A stretch of 248,000 bases of DNA from Andalucia godoyi And28 (lineage: Eukaryota; Protista; Jakobida). Both the position numbers and the translations under genes were made by a program. Below, in pieces: positions 33,332 through 43,830 of the stretch (positions are counted from its first letter, which is position 1; the number at the start of each line of letters is the position of its first letter). The stretch lies in the NCBI GenBank assembly GCA_009859145.1, contig VRVR01000022.1:20001-268000 (forward strand), in the 5' to 3' direction. A model generated the notes under the pieces. The model was not told where the DNA came from. It ran no database searches and was given only the letters and a program-made list of their open reading frames with translations.

Positions 33332-33416
33332 GTTCCGTCTTGTATATTCGTAAGTGTGGCGGGGAGGGTTAGTAACAACAGCCAGTCTTTAGACAATCTA
33401 AGTTATTGTTGTTGTT

Positions 33417-33453
<37 letters not shown>

Positions 33454-33807
33454 TTTTTTGTTTAATTAAAAAAATAATAATAAAACGAAAACAAAAACCA
33501 GAAAATGAAAAGCGAAATGAAAAGTCAAGTTTGGGACTTCGAAACGGGAATTTCAAAAGGAGTTTGGAAACTTTTTAACGGAACACCAAAAAAGGGGGCT
33601 CCAGCATCACGTGATACAAACAATAAAAATTAAACAACCCTTAATATGTGGACATAGAGAACGATCTCGTCAAACTCGTCTCTCGCATTTGCTTTCGTTC
33701 GCTCGATTCCATTTGATTCTCTACTTGGATTCTTCTTTAATGAGTTTTGAATTTGTTTTGCAAGAATATAAAAGTTGTATAGAAGAGCGTGTATCAGTAT
33801 ATGCAGT

Positions 33808-35985
33808 ATGCGGTTGATGTCGTGGATCACGTCTAGTGAACACTTTCCGACTGTCCGAGTGTTTCTTCCCCTAGTTTCGTTTTATTTATCCTTTCTAGCG
33901 CGCGATCACTATGCAAAGTCCCTTGGAGCCGGGACATCCGAGTTTGATGTTCAGATCACGCACTTGTTTCTCTCTCTTTTCTTAATTGCGGCGGCGCTGT
34001 TCCTTATTCTGGTGTCAAATGTCCCTGTGTGGGCTAGAACCGTGTGCTGCTTGTCGATCCTCGGATACTTTGCAGTGCTGATGGGGTCCGCAAAGGTCGA
34101 TCGGAAGACCAACCTCACGCGGTCGTTGCTCAATTTACTCGCGACATCGATGGTCCTTCTTGCTGCTTCGGTGGGTCTTACAATATATGGATGCGTCAAG
34201 TTTCCGGTGTTTCACAGGAGGCGATTGGGAGTGCCCATTGGGCTCTGGATGGCTGTTTTCGCCGTCGGTACTATGTCCCTGTTCTACACCTCAAGACTAC
34301 TGTGGTTCTATGTTGCGTGGCCGAAAGGCATCCACGACCATTTGTACTCGTCGGAGGGAATCCGCGCAACATCGGATGATCCAGCTGGGACGCTCAGCCC
34401 ACCGTATGCTTGTTTGATCAACACCCCGTTCCCGTATCTCAGTGCGCTGCCGGATCAAGCACTCAATTTCTGGGCGGGAGGCCTTCACTGCCCGTCGAAA
34501 GTCGGTGATTTGGCCACACTGCGCTGGGATCCAGTCTCGGTGTCCGTTCTCGTGCAGCTCAGGTGCGACGGAACGCAAGCGCCCGTGGGCGTCACTGTCA
34601 ACCCAACGAACATCGAGCAGAGTCTTAATGAGCCATGGTACGAAGAACGCATGTTTACGGAGTGGTTGGAACATGCGAAAAAGGCTGCAAAGACGCCGAA
34701 AGTCTTGTTTATGAGCCACAAGCCGGTGCAGCTGTCGGACGTCGAGATTGAGCTTCCGGCAAATGCTGACTGGATCGAGGTTCGATGCGGAGTTCAACGC
34801 CGGATTATGCCAGTCGTTGCTCCAAAATTCATGACATTTAGACCGCACGACATGAAGAAGTCGGTTGCGGATTGGAAGGCGCTTCGACCGAATGTTATCA
34901 TGCTCCTATTTGATGCTGTTTCGAGACCGCAAGCGCATCGTGCGCTTCCGAAGACGTTTGCTTTGCTAGAACAATTCGCACCGGGGCTTGTGCACGCAAA
35001 GGAAGAAAAGACGGCACCAGTGTATGGATATCTCCAAAATCGGGTGAAGATGGACGCTTTCGAATTTATGCGGTACCATTCTCTTGGCCATGCCACGGCC
35101 CACAACGCACCGCGGATGACCAGAGGCATGGCAACGTGCGATCCCGACGAGGTTGCATCGCCATTCAAAAGCGACTATGGAGCTTCTCCCTGCAACAACG
35201 ACTTTGAGACGCATCCGTTTCTCTGGCAACAGTTCAAGGGCGCAGGATATGCCACCATGTTTAATGTTGCGGAATGCGACGACTATCTGTCCGCATTGAA
35301 TGCCCCGTTCCGAGCTTCCGGGTCGTTTATCCACAAGTTTGTGGATCACTATTTGTCACCCATGTACTGTGATGAGGAATACGATGGAGCAGAGAGATCG
35401 AATTTCCAAGGGGCGTACGGTCTGACGAGGAGATGCATGGGCGGTGCATCTGTGTTTGACATTTCAATGGAGGCGGTGTCGCAGGCTCTTGATCACTATT
35501 CAACATCTCTCACTCCCCTCTTTGCCTATGTCCACTTGATGGAAGGCCACGAAGGCACCGGAGAAATCATCAAGTCTGTGGACGCTGCTCTTGTCGCTTG
35601 GCTCGAGAAGACCATGGTGCAGTACGGACACAACACGATTTTTGTCCTCGCAAGCGACCATGGCTCGCACATGGGGCCGAACTACTTGGTCACTCGTGCA
35701 GGTTCGTTGGAACATAGGCTTCCATTGTGGGTCACAGCATTTCCAAAATCCTACGTCGACCATCGCAACATTCGCGCAACGCTGCTTGACAACACCAGAC
35801 GACTGGTCACCGCCGATGATTTCCATGCCACATTTGCAGACATTGCCGCCACTGCAGCCGGGAAACCTTACGTGGCGAACGGAAGACTCGGCAAGAGCCT
35901 TGCTGCCGAAACAGTCGGCGATCGCCCCTGCAACGCCGTCGGCATCAAGCGCAACTGCCTCTGCTCTCCTTCCGTCGTACCGTAG
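33808..35985 (+). CDS. Membrane-anchored DUF229 / alkaline-phosphatase-superfamily protein
   Basis: NVIMLLFDAVSR..HRALPKT, LASDHG, LEHRLP; N-terminal TM helices. Confidence 0.75.
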   Translation: MRLMSWITSSEHFPTVRVFLPLVSFYLSFLARDHYAKSLGAGTSEFDVQITHLFLSLFLIAAALFLILVSNVPVWARTVCCLSILGYFAVLMGSAKVDRKTNLTRSLLNLLATSMVLLAASVGLTIYGCVKFPVFHRRRLGVPIGLWMAVFAVGTMSLFYTSRLLWFYVAWPKGIHDHLYSSEGIRATSDDPAGTLSPPYACLINTPFPYLSALPDQALNFWAGGLHCPSKVGDLATLRWDPVSVSVLVQLRCDGTQAPVGVTVNPTNIEQSLNEPWYEERMFTEWLEHAKKAAKTPKVLFMSHKPVQLSDVEIELPANADWIEVRCGVQRRIMPVVAPKFMTFRPHDMKKSVADWKALRPNVIMLLFDAVSRPQAHRALPKTFALLEQFAPGLVHAKEEKTAPVYGYLQNRVKMDAFEFMRYHSLGHATAHNAPRMTRGMATCDPDEVASPFKSDYGASPCNNDFETHPFLWQQFKGAGYATMFNVAECDDYLSALNAPFRASGSFIHKFVDHYLSPMYCDEEYDGAERSNFQGAYGLTRRCMGGASVFDISMEAVSQALDHYSTSLTPLFAYVHLMEGHEGTGEIIKSVDAALVAWLEKTMVQYGHNTIFVLASDHGSHMGPNYLVTRAGSLEHRLPLWVTAFPKSYVDHRNIRATLLDNTRRLVTADDFHATFADIAATAAGKPYVANGRLGKSLAAETVGDRPCNAVGIKRNCLCSPSVVP

Positions 35986-36326
35986 TCAGCTCGACGGAAA
36001 AGCAAAAAATATTTTTAAAACAATATCGAAATAAAGACGAAATTGATGCCTTGATGCAATCCTGGTTTGGGCCCTGCCTGTCAACTCTCGTCTCTCTCTG
36101 TGTCTCTCTCTCTCTCTCCCTCTCCTTTCTCCGAGCCCAAAGTACGTGTCTCCGTCGCTTCCCTTTTTCTTTTTGGTTTTTTGTTTTGTGGTCGACTATT
36201 TCGTATAGGCTCATTTCATAATAATTGTTATTGCTGTTGTTGAATAATTTCTATTAATATTATTAATATTATTATATTTTTTATTATTATTATTATTTTA
36301 TTTTATTTTTGGTGCAGCGGAGAAAG

Positions 36327-37142
36327 ATGAGTGATGAGCGCCTTGATGCAGCGCTTGATTTGATGCGCCGAATGAGTCCTGCAAAGACTGCGGAGAATCT
36401 GACTCGGCTCGCAGCGCTTGTTCCGGAGATGACGGATTCGCTTCTGCAGACGATTGACCAGCCGCTGAAGTCGACGCAGTGTCCGTCGACTGGAAACCAG
36501 TTTTTGCTATCAGACTTCAACCGCGATGGCGACTCGTTCCGGTCTCCGTGGTCCAATGAGTACGTTCCAGCAATCGAAGACGGGATCTCGCCTTCCGAGG
36601 CCCTGCGTCTTGTGGAGCGCGAAATGAACGAGACGTGGAAGGCATATGCACGGGCGTATCATGACCAGGGCGCGGTGTCTTCTGTGTACTGCTGGGATCT
36701 TGAAGATGGGACGTTTGCGGAAACGGGAGGGTTTGCAGCAGCGTTTCTGATCAAGAAGCAGCTTGAAAAGGGCTGCTGGGACGCTATTCATGTCGTTCAG
36801 GTCAACCCCGCCCAAGGGTCACAGGACAGGGCTACGTATACTCTGACGTCGACGGTCATGGTTGCACTGGAAGCAAGAGATATGGATCTTGGTGGGTCGC
36901 TGACGAGACAGCGGTCCGTGGAAATGGCGCTGCGGCACGGAAAGCGATCGCACATCGCAAACATTGGAGGAATGATCCAGGACGAGGAGCTCCGGCTTAG
37001 AACCCAGATCGAAGATGTTTACTTTGGAAAAACCGCTGAAATTGCTGGTTTGCTTCACTCCAGGACATCTTTGCAAGAACGGGATGCGCGCAAGAACCTC
37101 GCGATGGGCCTCTCTGCCGCCCTCAACAACCGCAAGGCTTAG
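36327..37142 (+). CDS. CAPZB: F-actin capping protein beta
   Basis: AALDLMRRM, DFNRDGDSFRSPWSN, SSVYCWD, WDAIHV, HIANIGGMIQD. Confidence 0.95.
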   Translation: MSDERLDAALDLMRRMSPAKTAENLTRLAALVPEMTDSLLQTIDQPLKSTQCPSTGNQFLLSDFNRDGDSFRSPWSNEYVPAIEDGISPSEALRLVEREMNETWKAYARAYHDQGAVSSVYCWDLEDGTFAETGGFAAAFLIKKQLEKGCWDAIHVVQVNPAQGSQDRATYTLTSTVMVALEARDMDLGGSLTRQRSVEMALRHGKRSHIANIGGMIQDEELRLRTQIEDVYFGKTAEIAGLLHSRTSLQERDARKNLAMGLSAALNNRKA

Positions 37143-37688
37143 GAAAACGAAAGGGGACTCCTGTCTACCTGGCTCTCTAGTTCTGACCCTATCTCTCGCT
37201 TCCACTGGAGTGCATGTGGGCTGCTTCCTTTCTGTCATCTTCTGTCCTCAAAAAAGAAAAGAAAAAAATAATCTGTTTCACTCTTGAACTTTCTCTGTTG
37301 TTTTCTCCGTCCTTGTGTGTGCGTGTGTGCGTGTGTGTGTAGCACGTTTTTTGATTGTGTTGCTGTTGCTTTTTTTCCCTTGGTGGGGAGGACGTTTGAG
37401 ACTTCCCGACGATAATTTTTGTTTCATTTGGTCCCAGTGCAACTGCGCAATGGGCAAAAGAGAAGGAAACAATGAATAAACGAAAAGACCTCTAGGGAAA
37501 AAAGAGCAACATCTTTGGTTTTGCTTGTTCGGAACCTTGGTTATACTTTCTTTGGAAGCTTCCTGTTTTCTCTTTTGATGACGCATCAACAAAGCCAATG
37601 TGTTGCTGTTCACATACGTATATGTATTATGTGGGTATATATTACATGCCGATATGATACATGAGAAACCGAGGAGCGCAGGTCGTTG

Positions 37689-40307
37689 CTAGCGTCTCCG
37701 CGAAAACGAAGCAGCTGGCCGTCGATCGTAGGCATCTGCATGCGCATTGTCGTCATCGATGCCGTCGCTACGACCACCACCGTCGCGGTTGCCGCCGTCG
37801 TCATCATCGTCGTCGTCGTCCAAGAGATCCGACGCGAGGGAAGCCAGCGATCGCACCTTTTCCTGCAGACGAGGTCGCGGTGCCGTCGGAAGGACGCCCA
37901 TTGGAGTGCGCTGAAGCTGGCGAAGGCTCGCTAGCAGCGTGTTTCTCTCCTTTTGCAACGCACCAATTTGGTCATCCTTGCGCCGCGTCTTTTCCTCCCA
38001 GTACACTTCTCTGGCTTCCTGTTCCGTTCGTCGCAGTTCGTTGATCTTTGCAATTTCCTTCTCTGCCTTGCGTACCAAGGACTCCTTCTTTGCAATGTCC
38101 CGCTCCAGCTTGGCAATGGACTCTCGCGCTTCCGCTTCTTTTTCCTTCCACCGGATAATCTCCGTCTTCGAAGACGCGTCGGAATCTTCGCGGGACCGCT
38201 GGACCTCCTTCTCCAGCCGATCAATCTCGTCGTCACGCCTGCGGATTTCGTGCTTCAGTCGCACAACTTCATCCACCGATCGAGAAGCCTCGGATTTCAA
38301 TGTTTCGACCTCGCGACGTTTTTCCTCGGCTTCCCGAGTCAGTGCTGCAATCCGACGGTCCCGGTCCTCCAAATCCGCATCGTGAAACACCTTCATCCGC
38401 TGAAACCGCTCCTCAACGAGCGTGTCCTCAATCTGCGACCGGCGCGAAAGCGAGTCTCGTTCAATACGCAGGCTGTCGATTTCCTTCCGCAGGGTGTCCA
38501 CAACGACATGAGACGTCTTCTCTCGATCCTCCTTGTCGGACTGCCGAACCACCTGGACAGCATGGTTCTTCGTTCTAACCTCATTCCACTTGTTCCGCAC
38601 AAGTCCGTTGAGCCAGTGGATTCGCATCGTTGCAAACGCAAGTCGTTGTTCATACGCCTCCAGCCGCGCACTGACCTTGCTTCGAATCACCTGCTCGACG
38701 ATGCCGCACAGCATATCTGGAGAAAGCGCCTTCTTCAGCATGGCCAAGCTGGAGCCATGTCTAGTGCGCTCCCGCGCCATCATATCTTCCTGCTTCTTGA
38801 TCATTCCCTCGAGCACTTTAACTCGGGTCTTCTCCGCTTCCACAAGCGCCTCTGCCCCTTCGAGTCTCTTCCTGATTACAGCAGACTCCCGTAAGTTGCT
38901 TTCCATGGTTCGCATGAGCTGGGACTCCCGGTGTTTCGACAAGGACTGCACGTCTCGCACTCGCTGACCCAGCGTCTTCTCCTTGAGAATAGCACGGTAT
39001 GCAGCTTCTCTCCAGCGCTGGATCGAGGACTGCAACACGGGATCCGCCTCAGCACCAGCCGGACTCGAGAGTCGCTGCAGCTGCTCGTCTTGAATCGCCG
39101 TGATGTCCTCCAACGCTGCGATCCGCGTTCGTGAAGCATCCAAGTCTCTCGACAGCATGGTGATTTGGTCGCGCAAAGACGCCACCAGATCGTCCGACGG
39201 CTCCTCAACAGCCATTGAAAACTCGGCTTCCGAATGCGCCTTCAGATCTCGCTCGAGGTCCTTCTGATGGAACAGCAGTTCTCGAAGCTGCCGAACCGTG
39301 TCTCTCTCCGCATCCAGCATGGACCTGCTTTCTGTTACTTGCTCTTCCATTGCCTTTACCCTTGCGTGTGCTTCGTGCAACTGTGAATGGGCAGTCCGCA
39401 AGTCGTCGTCGGCTGCATCAAGTCGCTGCGTTTTTGCATCGCGATCTCGCTGCGTTTCCAGCAGCTCCATCCTCGTTCTCTCAAGCTGCGACTCCAGCAC
39501 TCTCATCCTCGCAATCTGATCCAACCGGTCCATTTCGCTCGCAAACGACGCCTTCCCAGGCCTCCTCCCTCCCGCACTGTCACTCATCACCTGATCAGGG
39601 TGATCCTCCACGACCCTTTCCTGCCGCTGCCACTGCGATTGCGATTGTGAGTGCGGCTGAAGAGCAGGCGGCACCAAAGACTGAGCGTGCTCACCCGGCA
39701 ACGAGTGGTCATGGTGCGCAGTGCCTTCATCCTCTCGATACGCAGAAGCGTGCGGAATCCTGGTGTGAGAGAGGTGGACAGTCCGATTCGCACTTTGTGC
39801 CCTGGCGTCTGCTCTTCTGATTTTCCAGTATCTGCGCTCATCGTCAGTGATCCGAATGCCGTCAATGACCTCAACTCCCGGCACCCGCATCGACACCGCC
39901 TCGCGATACTGGTCTTCGTCCTCAAACTGCTGCTGGAATGGATTCCCCGCTGCGCCAAGCTCCTTCAAAAACACGCATTTTCGCAGAGGCGTCAGCGCCT
40001 CGATGTCTGTCATCAGATTCGATGACAAATCAAGCGCTTCAATCACAGGTAGCTCGATATGCACCGCCACCGGAATCTCTGAAATTCTGTTATTCGACAA
40101 GTTCAGCAGCCGTAGTCTGCGCAACGCCGACAGATTCTCAATCTGCGATATCTGGTTGAACGACGCATCGATCTTCTCAAGCGATCGTAATCCCTCGAGA
40201 TTCTCGATTTTCGATATGCAGTTCTGCGACACATTGAACACTGCGAGACTAGGATGCTTCAGAAGAACATCTGCCACTAATTCTCGTGATATGCAGTGAA
40301 GCGGCAT
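37689..40307 (-). CDS. N-terminal LRR plus CCHCR1-like coiled-coil protein
   Basis: LEKIDASFNQISQIENL repeats; QSSIQRWREAAY and RLAFATMRI resemble the HCR domain. Confidence 0.65.
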   Translation of the reverse strand: MPLHCISRELVADVLLKHPSLAVFNVSQNCISKIENLEGLRSLEKIDASFNQISQIENLSALRRLRLLNLSNNRISEIPVAVHIELPVIEALDLSSNLMTDIEALTPLRKCVFLKELGAAGNPFQQQFEDEDQYREAVSMRVPGVEVIDGIRITDDERRYWKIRRADARAQSANRTVHLSHTRIPHASAYREDEGTAHHDHSLPGEHAQSLVPPALQPHSQSQSQWQRQERVVEDHPDQVMSDSAGGRRPGKASFASEMDRLDQIARMRVLESQLERTRMELLETQRDRDAKTQRLDAADDDLRTAHSQLHEAHARVKAMEEQVTESRSMLDAERDTVRQLRELLFHQKDLERDLKAHSEAEFSMAVEEPSDDLVASLRDQITMLSRDLDASRTRIAALEDITAIQDEQLQRLSSPAGAEADPVLQSSIQRWREAAYRAILKEKTLGQRVRDVQSLSKHRESQLMRTMESNLRESAVIRKRLEGAEALVEAEKTRVKVLEGMIKKQEDMMARERTRHGSSLAMLKKALSPDMLCGIVEQVIRSKVSARLEAYEQRLAFATMRIHWLNGLVRNKWNEVRTKNHAVQVVRQSDKEDREKTSHVVVDTLRKEIDSLRIERDSLSRRSQIEDTLVEERFQRMKVFHDADLEDRDRRIAALTREAEEKRREVETLKSEASRSVDEVVRLKHEIRRRDDEIDRLEKEVQRSREDSDASSKTEIIRWKEKEAEARESIAKLERDIAKKESLVRKAEKEIAKINELRRTEQEAREVYWEEKTRRKDDQIGALQKERNTLLASLRQLQRTPMGVLPTAPRPRLQEKVRSLASLASDLLDDDDDDDDGGNRDGGGRSDGIDDDNAHADAYDRRPAASFSRRR

Positions 40308-40937
40308 TCCATCAACCCCAAGCCGCGAAAGAAAATGAAAAGAATAACAATAACAATAGCAATAGGAACAATAATAAGAAGGAGGGGGGGAACTGTACAA
40401 TGTTAACTAGTATAACAACAATGGAGACAGAAACGTAAAGAATCATATGCAAAAAATGGGCAGTTTTAAATTTTAAAAAGACGATCGTTATATCTGAGAT
40501 GAGGAAAATTGTCCGGCAGTCTCGCGACGGAGGGGGAAAAGGGCGCGCGACTCGTAGACTCGATTGATGCATGCATTTCGGCACATTCGACGACGAATCA
40601 TCTGCATAAGCCAAGGAAGCGAGCGCTGCTTAGGAAGTGAAGGGATGCGAGCGACAGGAAGGAATATGAATACGAGTTCGATCATAAGAAGGAAAACAAA
40701 GAGGGGGAGGAAAAACGAGACGATAGAAGAAGAGAAGAGAGGCATATGTCGTTGGAATCGAGAATACTAGATTCTTGTCGGCGTCATCATCCAGTATGTC
40801 TGAGTGAGCTTTTGTTTTTGTTTTTGTTTTTTACATATTGGAATTGGACCTGGAATGTATGATGACGAAACTAATGCGAGATGGATGATGATGGTGGTGG
40901 TGATTTGTGATTTGTGATTGATGAGTGTATATAGGCA

Positions 40938-41900
40938 TTGGCACAAGACACGTTGCTTTCGGAGTTGTCGTCGAGCACATCGCATGCGGACATTGTTGCT
41001 TCGATTAATTCACTGATTCAGCGCGGACGGCTGCAGGTGATCCGGGCGCCGAATGACCAGATTTTGTACAAGGAGGTGAGCGAGGAGACTGCGCAGAAGT
41101 TCCGAGGGCTGACTGCGGAAGACATGCTCGTGTACCAGATTATCGAGTCGTCTGCGAGCCAAGGGATCTGGACGCGGCACATCAAGACGAGGAGTAATCT
41201 GCAGCAGACACAGCTCAACAAGATTCTCAAGAATCTCGAGTCCCGAAGGCTTGTGAAGCAGGTCAAGTCAATCGAGGCAAAGACGCGAAAGGTATACATG
41301 CTCTTTGATCTGGAGCCGTCGCGAGACCTGACCGGTGGGCCCTGGTATTCCGAGCAGGACTTTGACTCGGCGTTCGTGGACGACCTCCTGCTGCACATCT
41401 ACAAGTATATTCAGGCTCGAAAGCACGCAACGGCATCACAGATCGCAGAGTTCATCCGCGCTTCAGGTATCACTACCGTCGATCTCAGAGACGCGGATGT
41501 CCAAGCTTTGATCCAGGCCCTTGTCTGGGACGGTCGCATCGTCGAAACGTTTGTCAATCCCAGCACCTTCGGTGCATCTGCATCGTCTGCAACGGCATCT
41601 GCATCTGCATCTGGATCAGCAGCTGGATCAGCAGCTGGGTCAGGACCCGGCTCAAGGAAATCATCGCTCAAAGATGGACTAGGAGTGTCGGCGGCAGGAG
41701 GCTCGTCATCGTCTGCGGCTGGGGCTCTGCACTACAAGGTAGCTGGGTATTATCTTGAAGCGGATGCGCTGACCGAGGTTCCGTGTGCTTCCTGCCCGGT
41801 GTTCGACGTGTGCTCGCCCAATGGAGACGTGAATCCACAGACGTGCGTGTACTATAACACTTGGTTGAAGTTGGAGGCAGATGAACCAGCCCCGTCGTAA
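40938..41900 (+). CDS. POLR3F: RNA polymerase III subunit RPC6/RPC34
   Basis: GIWTRHIK.RSNL, KILKNLESRRLVKQVKS, TGGPWY, C..CPVFDVC...CVYY..W. Confidence 0.9.
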   Translation: MAQDTLLSELSSSTSHADIVASINSLIQRGRLQVIRAPNDQILYKEVSEETAQKFRGLTAEDMLVYQIIESSASQGIWTRHIKTRSNLQQTQLNKILKNLESRRLVKQVKSIEAKTRKVYMLFDLEPSRDLTGGPWYSEQDFDSAFVDDLLLHIYKYIQARKHATASQIAEFIRASGITTVDLRDADVQALIQALVWDGRIVETFVNPSTFGASASSATASASASGSAAGSAAGSGPGSRKSSLKDGLGVSAAGGSSSSAAGALHYKVAGYYLEADALTEVPCASCPVFDVCSPNGDVNPQTCVYYNTWLKLEADEPAPS

Positions 41901-42126
41901 TTGTAAACATGACAGCGAGCGCGCCGAGAATAGGGATCTCCAGTACTGCCCCTGCGGCTTCGTGAAACATGGCGCGTCCCACGAGGGCATCCGGAAATAC
42001 CATTTGGTTACAGTTTTACAAAACACACGCCCACTGCAGACGCACCACAGGCAGACAAGTACGAACACACACACTCTCTCTCTCCCCTCACACACACACA
42101 CACACACACATGCGTCAATGTTGTTC

Positions 42127-43482
42127 TTAAACGACGCCAGAAAGATTCGTTGGTCTCGTCAATGGTGGAGCAAGACCGAGACGTGTATAGTATCCGGAAC
42201 GGATTTGTCTAACAGATCGATTTTCAAGAAGGACAGTCTTGTGGACTCGGAGCGGCCTGACCATTTCAGCACCAGCAGGGCCGAGACCGGGCATGACAGC
42301 GGTTCCCTTGTCACCACCTTCATCGTCACCTCCGCGGACGGATCGGTAGAGACCAAGACCAATGAGAATGACAATAAGACCTGCAATATCTGTGATTCGC
42401 AGTTGTGTCGCATGCTCGCCCATGATGAATTTGAAGGTAAAGCAGATGTTTGCCAGCGGGATAACCACGGCAGATGCAACAAACATGAGCGTTGCAGAAC
42501 CGAACTTGAGAATCATAACGAGCAGGATGTTGTAGGCAATGTTAAAGACCATGTAGATGGTGACGAACGGACCGGCCTTCGGGCAGTCATCCACGACGCA
42601 ATCAGAGCCCTCTCCGTCGCACGACTTGATCGAGTTTTGGCCTGTGAAGTAGCACTTTGCACCATTTGCAAAGTTCTCGGGAATCTGTGATATTGCAATT
42701 CCCTGCACAGGAGCACACGGAACCGCAAACAACAGCTGCACCAAGACCTGGAACACAGCGACCCATGCATTCAGATAGTAGGCATCCATTGGCTGATCCT
42801 TGAACGCTAGCTCCTTGTAGATTGACGAGAGTGCGGTTGGAACGGTTGCCAAGAAGAACAAGCACGTCCACAGAGCATCTCCGCCGCCACCACCACCCGT
42901 CAGAATAGGCGGCAGCAACGTCACGAGGATACCTCCAAAGATGATCACGGAGCCCAGATACTGTCTCCAATGGTAGCGCATCTTGAGCAAGAAGAACGAG
43001 AAGATCATCGTGACTGGAATCGCGCCCTGAGACAGCAACACCGTCATTGGACCCGGAATGTGCGCAGATCCGAAAACAACCAAAACTCCAGCTACCGCAT
43101 CCAGCGCGCCCATAACCGCAAACTTACGCTTCGGGTACTTGATCATATCATCCGTGATGTGATCCGTGAACTTCAGCTTGTACCAAACAGCCCCGAAAAA
43201 CAGCGGAAGATAGATTACAGAGGTCAGCACAGACAGGAAATACAGATAATTCGCCATTGGATACGTCATCAGCTTCAACGCCACCTTGTTTCCCGTACCT
43301 GCTATAATCACTCCAATAAGAAGAGACGCCAGGAACAGCCGAGATGCCTTTGCCGTCGTCCCGCTGGACCCCGCATCGCCGCTTCCGGCTCCTGCTCCTG
43401 CGGTGGACGCTGCTGCATCCGCCGACGAGTCCTGGCCATCGCTACGAGTAATCAGCGGCGTTGACTCTTTTCCCTTCCCCAT
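42127..43482 (-). CDS. CRT-like (chloroquine-resistance transporter family) membrane protein
   Basis: About 10 TM helices; PKRKFAVMGALDAVAG, LSSIYKELAF, NIAYNIL. Confidence 0.8.
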   Translation of the reverse strand: MGKGKESTPLITRSDGQDSSADAAASTAGAGAGSGDAGSSGTTAKASRLFLASLLIGVIIAGTGNKVALKLMTYPMANYLYFLSVLTSVIYLPLFFGAVWYKLKFTDHITDDMIKYPKRKFAVMGALDAVAGVLVVFGSAHIPGPMTVLLSQGAIPVTMIFSFFLLKMRYHWRQYLGSVIIFGGILVTLLPPILTGGGGGGDALWTCLFFLATVPTALSSIYKELAFKDQPMDAYYLNAWVAVFQVLVQLLFAVPCAPVQGIAISQIPENFANGAKCYFTGQNSIKSCDGEGSDCVVDDCPKAGPFVTIYMVFNIAYNILLVMILKFGSATLMFVASAVVIPLANICFTFKFIMGEHATQLRITDIAGLIVILIGLGLYRSVRGGDDEGGDKGTAVMPGLGPAGAEMVRPLRVHKTVLLENRSVRQIRSGYYTRLGLAPPLTRPTNLSGVV

Positions 43483-43546
43483 CTTGCACCCAACAATCTA
43501 GTAAAAGAAACAAAAACAAAAGCAGAAAAACAAAACAAAACAAAAC

Positions 43547-43578
<32 letters not shown>

Positions 43579-43830
43579 TGATTTTAAATAATAAAAAAAT
43601 ATTAATACTAACCTTACATAATCCTCGTAATCGTAATAATAAAAAGAAAAGAGTAAGGGTCTGAAAATGCGCTAGGAGACAATAGACTATGCAAAGCGTT
43701 TGAGCTTCGACACAGAAGCTCAGAGCGGAATTTTGAGGGGTTTTCTGTTCCCTTTCGCTGAGCTTATGGCAGGGGGGTTGGGATTACAGCAGGCGAGGAA
43801 GGAGTGAGGGGGGAAGGTTGGGAAGACCTT

